From NCBI RefSeq assembly GCF_964204645.1, contig NC_134025.1, forward strand, positions 16,715,101-16,779,100: 64,000 nucleotides of DNA. Reading direction: 5' to 3'. This document shows positions 49,375 to 62,089 of the stretch, piece by piece (within the stretch, counting starts at the first letter, position 1; each line of letters starts with the position of its first letter). The notes beneath the pieces were generated by a model. It did not search any database and had not been told where the DNA came from. It saw nothing but the letters and a program-made list of their open reading frames with translations. Origin of the DNA: Tubulanus polymorphus (lineage: Eukaryota > Animalia > Nemertea). Position numbers and translations under genes: made by a program.

Positions 49375-51363
49375 TGCGAAATAAACTCAGTGAATCTAGA
49401 AGCTGTACCCAAATTATAATGGAACAGATCAATGAGACATTACTTCTTGCAATAAGCTATGAATGGATTATGCAGAATGTTGTGTTTTATATTTGTAATT
49501 TTGTTATATGTACTATTTAAGGAGCCTGTTTCAGGGCATAGCCTCCAGGGATATTGCGCTTACTTTTCATGTGTTCCTCCGTCCATCCATTATATGAAAT
49601 CAAAATTTTGAAGCTTTCGGCATGCCTCAATGGATTACTTTGAAATTTAGTATAATGGTATATCCACCCTATAGAGTTAGAATTGGGCATTCTGTCCCTG
49701 ACCCCTAGTTTGTCATTGACATTGAATCTCTTGACCTCTTGTTATTTTGTATTGTCATTTTTGAATTTTTGCTAATTTAAATTTCTATTTCATTGTGTGT
49801 GCTACATTTCAAGGCTCTTTATTTTGTGTGGTATCAGAACTATCAATAAAAGGTATGTAAAATGTATGATATATATGTGGAAAAAATTATTTCATGAACC
49901 CCTTGAGATTAAAAGCTATTCAATACAATAACATTTTACTGAAACTTGTATTTTCCAGATGACTCAAAGTAGACCCAAAGACTAGAAATGTAGCACATAT
50001 ATAACATCATTGAAGGTCGTGTGAAAAAAATCTTATATTCTAGCTATCAGAAACTCAAATTTTGGTGAGTATTAGATCCAATTGATATTTATCTCAAATT
50101 GTGTTGAGAGTCCACCTCCCTTCGAATCTGATACACTGCCACTACATGAACCCACCTGCTGCGCATTGGCGCAATACAAGCAATCAGATTGGGGCAGCAC
50201 ATTTTTCAGATCGTATAATGCTAAGGTCTCTATGCGATAAGCAGGCATTCACATGCGCACATGATGTGTTCTATGATTGTAGTGGGTTTCTGGATTTGTT
50301 CACCAGGGGGCATTAACTGTTGCCATATTGCCAAGTCAAGCATTTTACTAATTAAGTGGGCATGGTGTCCCTTTACCCCTACTTTGAACGATTGAAGGAT
50401 TGTAAATTTCATGTCAACAAAATGTGGGTAATATAATGGCAGGAATGAATTCAGAATTACTCGAGTGGATGATAAGATAGATACGCTAAAATCTTAAATT
50501 AGAATAAAAATTGTTTCATATTATAATTATGTTTATAGTCTGTTATAGTTCTTTTGGATCTTGATCATAGGAGGATGAATATGATGTGGATAACCTGCAC
50601 AACAACGTCATGGATGCTTTTTCCGGAATAAATGAAATACATTTCTGAAAATGTTTTGAGAAATATATTTCAAATGCAAAAAAATATATTCGATACGCAA
50701 AAAATATATTGCGAAATACACAAAATCAAAAATATATTTTGGAAAATAAATATATTCGAAACGCTTTTTCAAAAATATATTTTTCGCAAAAACTCAAAAT
50801 TAAAAATATATTTTTAGAAAAGAGAAATATATTTGAAACGCGTTTCTAGAAATGTATTTTTTGCGAAAACGCAAAATGGAAAAATATATTTTTTCAAAAA
50901 TATATATTTGGAACGCGTTTTAGAAAATATATTTGTCGCAAAAATATATTCCGAAATCAATACAAAATCAGAAATATATTTTTTAACGAAAAAATATATT
51001 TCATTTTCTTAAGGGAAGAAAAATGTTGGCAGACGCTTGAGCTACCCAGCCAAGCAATTTTCATTCATCTCCCCAACCCCATGCAAGTCTATGACAACTG
51101 TCACAATAACTTACTCAGTCCCATATTGAAATGACAGATATACTGAAAAAAACTCACCTAAGAAGGAATCCCAAGCAGAGATAGAGAACAAAGAATCTGA
51201 AAAAAAATGGAAATATTTTACAAATTTTATGTTTACAAAGGCCCATACGCGGCCAAGCGCAGATCGTCTCCTAGGCGAAAAACTTAAGTTGAAATTTGAA
51301 TTTAATGATTAATAATTATTAGAAGGACACACAAATGCGGTTGAAAACAAATCACATGCAACT

Positions 51364-52216
51364 AACAAGGGCCCCAAGGGGCACTATGGCCAGCCTGTCA
51401 GCTTTTCATAAAATGGCAAATGATGATGCATTTTGTGGGTTAAACTTGTCAAAATACATTCCCAGCTCAGAGTCAATATCTAATGATTTACACAATACAA
51501 TCGTAGAATACAAAAGTAGCACAGACAGCGACTGGATCTGGCAGGAACAAATACCTCAAATAAATCTTTTCCCTTGGTCTTATTGATTTTAATGCGGAAT
51601 AGAATTAAATTTTTTTGAAATTTGCTCAAGAAAACAAAATTGCATTGGATTTGATGTTTTTATTTGTTCAATAAAGTAAAATTGAATTGGATTTGATTTT
51701 TTGTGGAATAAAATTTGATTGAATTCGTAGGTTGAGCACACGGCTAATTAGCATATCAAGGTCATCTATCCGATTTAAGAAAAAGCTATTTTTCCCGGAC
51801 TTTGCACAATGGTCAATGATTTTCCGTAGTGCTAATAAAAATATTCCTCCCAAAAACCAAATCAACTAAAGATTTCACAGAAATCAATCTTGAAATACAA
51901 TTTTAGATCTTAAAATAAAACCCGGAAGTAAAACGGTAGACGATACCGCGGGTTCACGTGAACACCTGCTGGTTTCTGCGGCTAAGCCAATCATAGAGGA
52001 GTCTTTGCTTTCTGATTGGCTTTTCAAAACCAATATTTTTGCGATCAGATATTTGCGAAAAAGCTCATATAAATTTTAACGAGGCCCTCTTTCAAATTGA
52101 TTTGTATGAATATATGCTCAGATGCACAGTAAAAGAGCCTTTGCTCTGAAAACCATGTCATTTAAATTCACTCTATTTGTATAGTAATAGGCTCAGCCCA
52201 TGGCTGACCTAAAAAT
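51364..52216 (+). mobile_element. Short Helentron/HINE-like element
   Basis: Head aacaagggccccaaggggcac, tail taggctcagcccatggctgacctaaaaa. Empty site caactaaaaatt at ~63018 shows insertion into an A run with no TSD. Confidence 0.75.
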
Positions 52217-53737
52217 TACACTGGATACTTTGATATCAATGCAATGTAGCTCTGTTACACATTAATGCCCACACAACCATTTTGGTTGGCCCTACATCGG
52301 TCCAACATTGGCTGTGTGGGCATTTCATCAGCATATTTGCCATTGTGCAGCCAATATTTAGCCAATGTAAAATTTTTGCCAGATTTTGTTTTAAAAAGTG
52401 CTTAGGGCAAATATACTGTTGAATTTCATTGTTGTATCATTGAAACAAGAGGCCCACAGGCCTTATACCTACATGATGCAGTAGGTCTAGAGGAAGAATG
52501 ATTCAGTATTCAAAGTTTTACAGAAAGATTGACATTGTAACGATGTAACAAGTTTTAAAATAGTAAAGATGGTATAGGCTATGTGGCGATAATGTTCATT
52601 TTCTGTTAATATATCCTTACATGAAAAGACAAGCCCATTTTAGCTGCCCCAAAGATCACACTACATGAAAAAGTGCATCAACAACCGAGGTCATTGCAAT
52701 TTTATACACGAGAGCTAAGAACTTTCCCGCCAAAAACAGTTTTTCATAGAATTTTAACTCAGTTGACCATGTCATCGACGGAGGTTCGCCATGTCTTCGA
52801 TAGCATCGATTATACGTCGTTTAAGCCGAGAACCAATGAAACAAATGCTCACATAAAAAAAAACGTACTGCGATTTTACATGAATTTGCTCAATGCCAAC
52901 TTCATATCGCTGACAAAGGTAAACCAAAAAGCGAAATTTCACACTCTGCATTAATAAGATTAAAGTATTTATTCGTTTGAAAATCTTCCTCTGAACTCCC
53001 ACCAACAAGTTATAAGTGGCGACACAAAAATGACGTCATCGACTCATTACCATCTTATAACCTTCATGACTACATATGAAGGTAAAAAGCAACTCGGACT
53101 ATAAACGGGAAAAAAATATTATTGACCGGTCCATCATTGGCCCAACATTGGCTCTTAGTAAAAATTGGTGGCGCCACTTTACGGTGCTGTACGCAATTAC
53201 TAATGGGCAAATGTTGGGCTAGTTTTCATTAATAATTACCCCGAAAGTCAAACTTACTCATACTCCTAGTTTTTGACACGTTATATCATCCGAAAATCAA
53301 TTAAATGCTGCCTTTCAATCAAAATTTAGGGAAGTTATATATCCCGGTGAATGTTATATTTTGTCGCAATAAAATATCAAATTTGTCCGTCATTGTGAGC
53401 GAAGTTCTTAAGGCAGTTAAATTCTTTCGCTAAAACCTGTAGCCATCCGTCTTCTAACCATAGTTTTTCTTCATGTAAGTATCTACGAACCATTTTATGA
53501 TATCCGATAATACTTTTATAGGCCTACAAATGCAACATTACGCTTCAATCGAGCCATTTGAGATAAAATCATTTTATCGCAGATCTTTTGTTTTGTTTTG
53601 ATCTATCTTGGTCTAAACTGGTGGTCTTTATTGGCAATTCGTGCCACCAGGGAGGCAGTGGTAAGTAATGAGTTAATGCAACAATTGAATAAAGTTTTTA
53701 AGTTTTTTTGTATTCATGGAATTAATTTTAAACGTAG

Positions 53738-54085
53738 GTTTCCCATCGTATGAGTGGAAGACATGATGCCAAGTCAACAGTGTGGCTTATAATGAGCAAA
53801 CCTAGGTCACCAATTATCTCTGCAGTACCCAAACTGGCAAGGGCACTGCCGAAAATATGGATTGATTGTTCTTAAGATATATTTGGTAAGATTCAAATAC
53901 AATCAGCGTGTATTGTAATGTTGAATCGTCTGTGCAGCTACATTTCATTTTAACTCTTTTATCATTTTAGAATCTGTTCACAGAACTCTTGGTGCTAAAG
54001 ATTGCTCAGACAATAGTCTGGAGCAAATAATCATGATCTGGCTTTCAGGAGATTGAAATGGAGCAGGCAGGAATAAACTGGGATA
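53738..54085 (+). pseudogene. Relic exons of a DUF4806-like EnSpm second gene
   Basis: Exon 53738-53885 (GRHDAKSTVWLIMSK..VTNYLCS..NWQGHCRKY, frameshifted) and exon from 53971 (ESVHRTL..LEQIIMIWLSGD*NGAGR). Same exon layout as 20330-20923. Confidence 0.55.
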
Positions 54086-54239
54086 AAACAAAATAGGAAA
54101 ATTGAACAGTAATTGCTATGAAAACTGTACAAAACAATCAGACAATTCTTGTTATAGAATCTGCACAACACAATCGGACAGTTTAAAAGTATTCGTTCCT
54201 TACCAACTCGGAATAAACCGGCAAATTTTTGTGTAAAAT

Positions 54240-55385
54240 GATGCATTCTACAATGACCTGGAAACTCATCACAATCATAGAACATGTCAGCAGCTACGAT
54301 TTTGTAATTGATTGTGATAACAAAATATGCCTCGTTACCACTTTAATATGGAAGTACTAAGTCATTCTACTATTCAACGCCCCCTGGTGACCATATTCAA
54401 AACCCAATGACCTTGAAACTCACCACAATCATAGAACATGTCATGAACTATAACTTTGTAATTGATCATGGTAACAAAATATGCCTAGGTACCAATATAA
54501 TAAGGAAATACTAAGTTATTCTACTATTCAACGCCCCCTGGTGACCATATAGAATAACTAATGGCCACAACTTGCCACAATCATAGATGATGTCATGAGC
54601 TACATCTTTGCAATTGATTGTGGTTACAAAATATGCATTGATATGAATATAATATAGAAATACTAAGATATTGCATTATTCAACGCCCCCTGGTGGCCAT
54701 ATATAAAAACCAATGACCTTGAAACTCACCACAATCATAGAACACGTTATTAGCTACAACTTTCTAAATGATTGTGGTATCAATATAATGTAGAAAAACT
54801 TTTTCCCACTTACGAACGAGTACTGCTGACACCAAGATGGCCGCCAATTGCGTCATAATTGGCTGATGAAAAATACCTGTCTCAGGTATAAAACATCCCT
54901 TTCCAAAGAATACCCATCACAAATTGCAATGAGAAATGACAAACCAGTAGGAAGCTACAGGACTCAGAATTTGGGCCAAAATTAACATTTTTGGGCACTA
55001 AAAAGGTCATAGGACGGCCATCTTGAGTCCGATCGACCCAATTTTTGTTATGCTGATGGGCCCTGGGGGAATTCACATATATCCGAAAGATCAAGGTAAT
55101 TGATCAAAGCGTCTTCAAAATTTCCCTCAAAAAGTTCAAAAATGTGTAAAAAGTGCTGATTTTGGCGAACAACAATGGCTGCCAGTCGGCCATCTTGAAT
55201 TTGACAGGGCCAGTTTTTGGGCTGAAGATGTGTCTAGGGTAGATACATGTGTAACCCAAATATCAAGACATTACCTTGAAGCGTCTTGAAAACTTCCCAA
55301 AATAACTGGATTCCGTCTACGGACGGACGGACGAAAAGTGAACGCAATAGCCCGCTGGGACTAAAGTCCCAAGTGGGCTAAAAAT
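54240..55385 (+). mobile_element. Helentron/HINE-like element with ~155-bp tandem units, 5'-truncated
   Basis: ttcaacgccccctgg at ~54373, ~54527 and ~54679. Ends with ggacggacg, hairpin and gggctaaaaa. Confidence 0.72.
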
Positions 55386-58300
55386 GACATTTCATTGGAT
55401 GAATATAGGTATTTCATTGGAAATTCATAGGCCAATTGTGTTGGTTCCTTGGTCATTCATCGGTAAAAATATGGGCCAATGCATTGCCGATGAGCAAGTC
55501 CAATGTTGGTCGGATAATGGTAACCATTATTGGGCCACTTATGCTTACCAACATCGGCCCATTGTACAATGTTATGTGGGTGTAGCTCCATTACACATTA
55601 GCCTAAGTAAATGACGGTTTGTCGCTAGAAATCGACAGGCCACAGAACACCAGCTAACATTCTTGTCTAAATACCAGTCGTTGTTACAGGTTCCCGGGGA
55701 ATGACAGTTAGGTACTAAACTAGCTAAGATCACAGTTGTTAAATTTACTTTTTCTAAGAATTTTATGGGCTTGAGTCGTTGACGGAATCAAAGTCAGAAT
55801 TCCAACAACATTGGACACAGCATTGCCATACTTAACTGAGTTCTTACACTTTATTTGGGACCGTTCATTAAGTACGTAAGCAAAGCCTAGGTTAAACCTC
55901 AATTCCAAAAGCGTACAATCTACATACAAAGCTAAGGTAGCTATTTACACAAAGCATACGCACTTAAAAAATCAAATTTCTAGTATATAATTTTGTAATA
56001 GCCTGGCTAGTCTCTTTGTAGGTATTAGTTCAGCCATGAGTCTGGAACAATATCATGAATTCGTTGCCTTTTTTAAAAGGCTGCATCCTAGTAAATCCCT
56101 TCAAGAGGAGTACCATGTGCATACACATCGTAGGATCTTGAAATAAGGTCCTATTTTTTGCATACTTACTAAATGAACGGCCCCTAGATAATTCTATCAT
56201 ATTCAGCAAAAAACATGAAGTTCACTCACCCGATACATCAAAATGGCGTGTATCCCTTGTGTAATTTCTTGTTCAGCTAAACTGGTTGTTTGGGGAATGC
56301 CCCAGCTGCTGTTGGTATTCCCCTGGTATTCTCTTAACTACCGACCAGAGCGCAGCTTTCTTGCAATGAAGGCGAAAGCGCTATTATGTAGGCCGCGTGA
56401 TCTCCGCAGAATGAAGGTATTAATTTTCCGGATATTAGCGAAATGTACAGATCTTTGTCTGCTAATTACTGCGTAACTGGAACGTTTCACGGTTTCATCT
56501 TCTCGCCGTTTAATCTTTCTTTGGTAACGTTTTGAACGCCACTAATCGCATAACAAAAGTGTACGGTACAAAAGATGATTTTTTGTTCACAGCATTTTTT
56601 GAGCAAGTTATTGCTGGAAATGTCTCCAGAGCCACTATGAAGCCAAAAACTGTAATTCTCAAATGAAATAAAAACGATAAATGAATTGAATTATGCATAT
56701 TCACCTTAATTAGATAATTGTTTTGTTGTTCATCACTATTTCTTTCAAATCTACAGAGACAAGAAATATATATAAATTTCAATCAATTCATAAACAAAGG
56801 GTGGCCCAGGCAATTGAAAAACAATTGGTTTATTTTTTGTGGTCCATATGATAATGTGCCCCTTCTGTTCTCAGGGAAGGTTTTGCATGTACGCATGTAC
56901 ACATTTTATATACAAGTGTCAACGGTCTTAATCACCTCAACAAACCCCTCTTAAAACCCTTTTGCTTAGGACTATTTTTATTGATAATGAATTCTACATG
57001 GACAATTAATCTTTGTTTATTGACTAATATCTATCATGAAACTAGTAATGAGAGCTCCCAATTAATGTTTGGTTAACAAAGTTTGAACATCCGGGTAACC
57101 AGTGACCTAGATCCTGATGTCAAATTAACGTCACGTCTTGGTTTGAATGACCAAGTTTGCTAATAATAGAAAACATTGTAAGCAATTACAATGAGTAATT
57201 AGGCATTTAAACAACTGTAAAACATCCGTAAAGCATACTGATAACGATTGAGCAGCTAGGCCAGGCTAGTTTCTGATCTAGTGGAAATTAGGTTGGTAGG
57301 TCAAATGTCACCTGTCAGATGACTGCGACCTTGTCATGAAAAAAATGCAGTCTGTTGATTCCTATTGTCAGCTTGATATATGAGGCGACGGCGAGTGGGA
57401 GTCTCTCTCTTTGATCAGGCAGACGTCAGCATGGCCACATCGCAGTCTTGACACAGGTGTCATATGAAGCAGCAGCAATGGTCTCTGTAACTATTTCTTT
57501 AATACTACTTGTATATAGGCTTAATAAAAACTTCACTATAACTAGTAACTGGTTTTCAGGCTTATTAGTGGTAGCATACACAGAACTCGTAAATGCGGTC
57601 TCACCCGACACACTGCCTTTCACTCCATTTTTCTCATTGGGAAGTATTGTTGGTTTGCTGAATGACAATGATAATTAATTATTGCATACCAGGTGGTGGT
57701 AATGAAAAAATGCATCTGGAGCCTTGTCTGACAGAGGGTATCCCTGAGGGAAAACCCGGTAACGCGATATGACAACGCAGTCATTTGTCATAGATGATTT
57801 ACAATATATGATGATTTACTATATATAGGCTACATAATAAGAAGTACATATCCCATATTAGGCCGATAGGGAATTGGTTTTGAAATGCAGCGTATCTTAT
57901 AAAAACATTTAGGAGTTAAAATTTACTCAGTCGAATGTAGGATGGTCAACATCTTCTACATCCTTTTTCCCAATATCCTGGTACTGAAAATCCTTGCCGG
58001 CAAATAAACACATGCTCATTATGTGCAGTAAAAAGTAAATAGCCTAATTAGACAGTGCACAATGCAATGATCCTAAAATTTCAAATACGAGAAGATTGTA
58101 GCTACTGGTACTCTTATATTTTCTTAATTAGATGTGTAAATCAATAGCTTGTCAAGTGAGAACCCATCTCGAGAAATTCATCCCTGCCCTACCAAGTATG
58201 ATTATAAAATCAAACCCAAAAAGAAATCAATGTATCAGATAGTAATTCTGCCCCAGGGGAGTATAGTAACAGGTAATATAATAATGCAGAGACTTACTGT

Positions 58301-59438
58301 TGATCAATTGGATATCGTTCAAACTGCATTGATGACTGAAGTAGCATTGACTGGTTGTCATCATACCGTGTTGAATGTAGTGGAAGTGATGAAATGTGAT
58401 GGTATGAATTCCAAGGTAACTGCTGTTGCTCGAATTCTCGTTTCGTATGCGTAGAATTCTGCCCTTAAACACATTATCAAAAAGCGTGCATAACTTGTCA
58501 AGTTGGCCAATATATAACCAATAATGTTTCTCTAAAGCGCAGTGCAAAGTAGGCAATTTCTGGGTGATTCTCGTCGCAAGCGACAATATCACTAACAGAC
58601 TGGTGTCATTACTGGTGACGCATCGCTTCGAATCCAATCACAAACCGCACCAATATAGAGAGCAAGTGCATTCACAAAATGGCGACCCCTACAGCCAAAA
58701 ATGAAACGGTGTGCTGCTGGCTTAACAGATAACCACAATATTTGTCAATGCATTCTAATAGTAGCTTATACAATGTGAAATATCTCAAATTCTTATCAAA
58801 ATTTGGTACATAGCATCAACATGCCACCAGAATGGAGTAAAGGATTACCTGGCGGAGAAGCAAAGCTTTGTATCTGTAGGTTCTGTGATGAGGGATTCAC
58901 TATTGGTGGAATCACATTCAGAGGTGTATAATTGGGTAGCGGCAACTGTGTTAGTGGGTAGCCTCCAGTATTAACTTTTCAGCATTTAAAAACACATTGT
59001 AAATAGTATTAGAAATTCAAATAGGCCAAAAAATATGAACAGGGATTAAAAAAGAGGCGTTTGTAAAACAAGGAAAAACAAGTAAGTGCCATTACACCAT
59101 AAATGCCGCCCCGGCATGTTAAAAGTTTACTTTTACTTAAAAGAGCAAGCATGAGGCATGTCAGGCCAGGCAGTCAGGTAACCTGAATGAGAAAGCTTCC
59201 AATTTTAAGCATACCAAGTTTAAGAGAAATCGCACATTATTTGATGCGTGTAGAGCACTACATTTCTGTCGCTCAACACGACTAACATCAGGTGAGACGA
59301 AAGTGCAAATAATTGTTAAATCAAATGTTTTATATATTTTTGAGATTTAAAATTGGTTAAAATAATTGAAAAGAAAATTTATTTAAATCAAATTATCATC
59401 AAATTAAGTTAAATGATTTATTTTAAATATTATCGAAC

Positions 59439-61812
59439 AAACAAGAGCCCCAAGGGGCACAATGGCCAGCCTGTCAGATTTGCTTTTTATAAATGATGTA
59501 ATCTGTGGGTTATATTTATCAATATACACTCCCTGCTTAATATCATTTACATAGTAAAATCGTGTGTTAACACAGACAGCAGGAACGAATGTAATATAGA
59601 AATACTAAGTTATTGTATTGTTCAACGCCCCTGGTGGCCATATACAAAAACCAATGAGCTTGAAACTCACCAAGATCATAGACCATGTCATGAGCTACAA
59701 CTTTCCAATTGATTGTGGTAGCAAAATATGCATAGGTACGAATGTAATATAGAAATACTAAGTTATTGTATTGTTCAACGCCCCCTGGTGGCCATAAACA
59801 AAAACCAATGAGCTTGAAACTCATCTCGATCATAGAACATGTCATGAGCTACAACTTTCCAATTGATTATAGTAGCAAAATATGCTTAAGTATCAATTAT
59901 GATGTGGAAAAACTTTTTTCCACCTACGAATGAGTACTGATGACCCCAAGATGGCCGCCAAGTGCGTCATAATTGCCTGGTCAAAAATACCCTCTCGGAT
60001 ATAAAAGATCCCTTTCCAAAGAATACCCATTACAAATTGCAATGAAACATGGCACACCATTAGAAAGCTACAGTACTCAGAATTCAGGCCAAAATTGACA
60101 TTTTTGGGAACAAAAAAGGTTACAGTACGGCCATCTTGAGTCCGATCGACCCAATTTTTCTCATGCCGATGGGCCCTCGGGGGATACAAATATATACGAA
60201 TGATCAAGGTTATTGATAAAAGTGTCTTCAAAATTTCCCTCGAAAACTTCAAAAATGTGTAAAAAGTGCTGATTTTGGCGCCATCTTGAATCTGACGGGG
60301 CCAGTTTTTGGCCTGAAGATGTGTCTAGGGTAGATACACGTATAAACCAAATATCAAGACATTACCTTGAAGCGTCTTCAAAACTTTGGAACTCTCACGA
60401 ACTATCTAGATGGTTATCTCTCGACCTAAATAGCTTCAAGACCCATCTCAAAACAACTTTGTTCCATGCAGCATACCATTAACTCTCAGAGAGCGAATTG
60501 TATTTAACATTTTTTGGCAGAATAAAATTTGATTGAATTTGCAATTCGGGCACATGGCTAATTAGCATATCAAGGTCATACACCCGATTTGGTAAAACCT
60601 TTTTTTTTCGCGAACCTTGCGCAATTGTCAAGGATGAATTTTCTGTAGAGCAAATAAAAATTCCTCCCAAACACCAAATCAACTAAAGATTTCATAGAAA
60701 TCGATCTTGTAAATACAATTTTAAATCTTAAAATAAAACCAGGAAGTAAAACAGTAGACGATACCGCGGGTTCACGTGAACACCTGATTTCTGTAAACGA
60801 AATGTTGGTTGTGACAAAATTGTTCAGACGGTTTTAGGTGGTAATAAGTACGGAAACGGAACGACCATGGTCGACTTATTCGATGAAATCAGGCCTATGT
60901 GATATCCAAATTTTGACTTTTTTATTCTCCAAACCTCCCTGATATAGAAATAAAAAATTTTGGTGGTACGAATGTGCAATCACAGCGCCAACGGGGACAG
61001 AGCCGTGTCAGAGATCGGCGGAGTGAAAATTGAGGTGGACGAACACGAAGAAGTAGGCTATTGCTTTACTTGAATCACGAAAACTCCTGGCGCGGCCCGA
61101 CGCTTTTCGTTGATTAAGTAATACAAATATCATGCAATGGGTTTTCACAATCTACCGCTGGTATTTACCGGATTTCAATATCACTCCAAAATTCAAAGAA
61201 ACCTCGAAATATCGAACCGGAATACTTCCGGTAGATATCCGCGGCTGCCCAACCGGGAAACTTATTAGTTTCAATAGATATTGATAGGATCCATCATCTT
61301 CACCCGTCAAGGGATTCGAACCCACTAAGCTAAAGCCATGCCAGAATCGGGTCGGGCCAATCACAGCGCTTGTAACAAACCACATTAGGCTTCTGTGGAA
61401 TTTCCCAGTAAATGGGCCAATCAGCGAACACGTAGCAAACACGGAAGTATTGTCGCGTGTTGATACATGAAGTCATGCGCAAAAGCGCCAGTAATGAAAC
61501 CGCGATAATTCACGTGAACAGCTGCTGATATTTTCAGATAAACCAATCACAGGGAAGACACAACTTCCTGATTGGCTGATAAAAATTGAAATTTTCCCGA
61601 ATTAACTTACGTGAAAAATAGAGAAAACATTTTTATGAGACCCTATTTCAAAATTCTGCTCGCTACGATTCCGAGAATGGATTACGCTTAAATACGTGAT
61701 TTGTTCGAATATGCCCTCACTTGGCAAGCAAAAGAGCCTTTTGTGTGGAAACCATGTCATTTAAATTCGCTCCATTTGTATAGTAATAGGCTCAGCCTAC
61801 GGCTGGCCTAAT
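59439..61812 (+). mobile_element. Composite Helentron/HINE-like element, copy B
   Basis: Collinear with 46353-49037 but lacks the 289-bp duplication. Same head and 3' hairpin. Confidence 0.8.
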
Positions 61813-62089
61813 AATACATTTAAATTGAATACTTGTTAAATTAAACGTTTGTCATTTTCAAAAAGTTAAAATCCATGAAAAGATAATGGATTAAATCAAA
61901 TTCTTATTAAATTAAGTTCAATGATTTATTTTAAATATAACAGAACAAACAATCCATTTAAATCAAATAATTGTTAAATTAAATGCCTGATATATTTTAA
62001 AAGTTAAAATAGATTAGGAATAATTGAAAGGATAATTGATTTAAATCAAATTATTATTAAATTAAGTTAAATGATATTTAAATTAGGAA

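Larger units (their letters stand above)
44670..51015. mobile_element. Non-autonomous EnSpm/CACTA-like element with CCC termini and AT-rich subterminal repeats
   Basis: TIR cccttaagaaaataaaatgtattt / aatatatttcattttcttaaggg. TSD AA. aaaatatattt repeats at 44680-45030 and 50630-51005. Empty site aagacctaagaaaaat at 62671. Confidence 0.85.
52268..55580 (+). mobile_element. Non-autonomous EnSpm/CACTA-like element with CCCAC termini
   Basis: cccacacaacca / tgttatgtggg. TSD TG. ggcccaa/ttggcc subterminal repeats at both ends. DUF4806-like exon relics inside. Confidence 0.72.

Noticed and set aside
50632-50817. KNIF-rich ORF
   Set aside because: Translation of AT-rich subterminal repeats.
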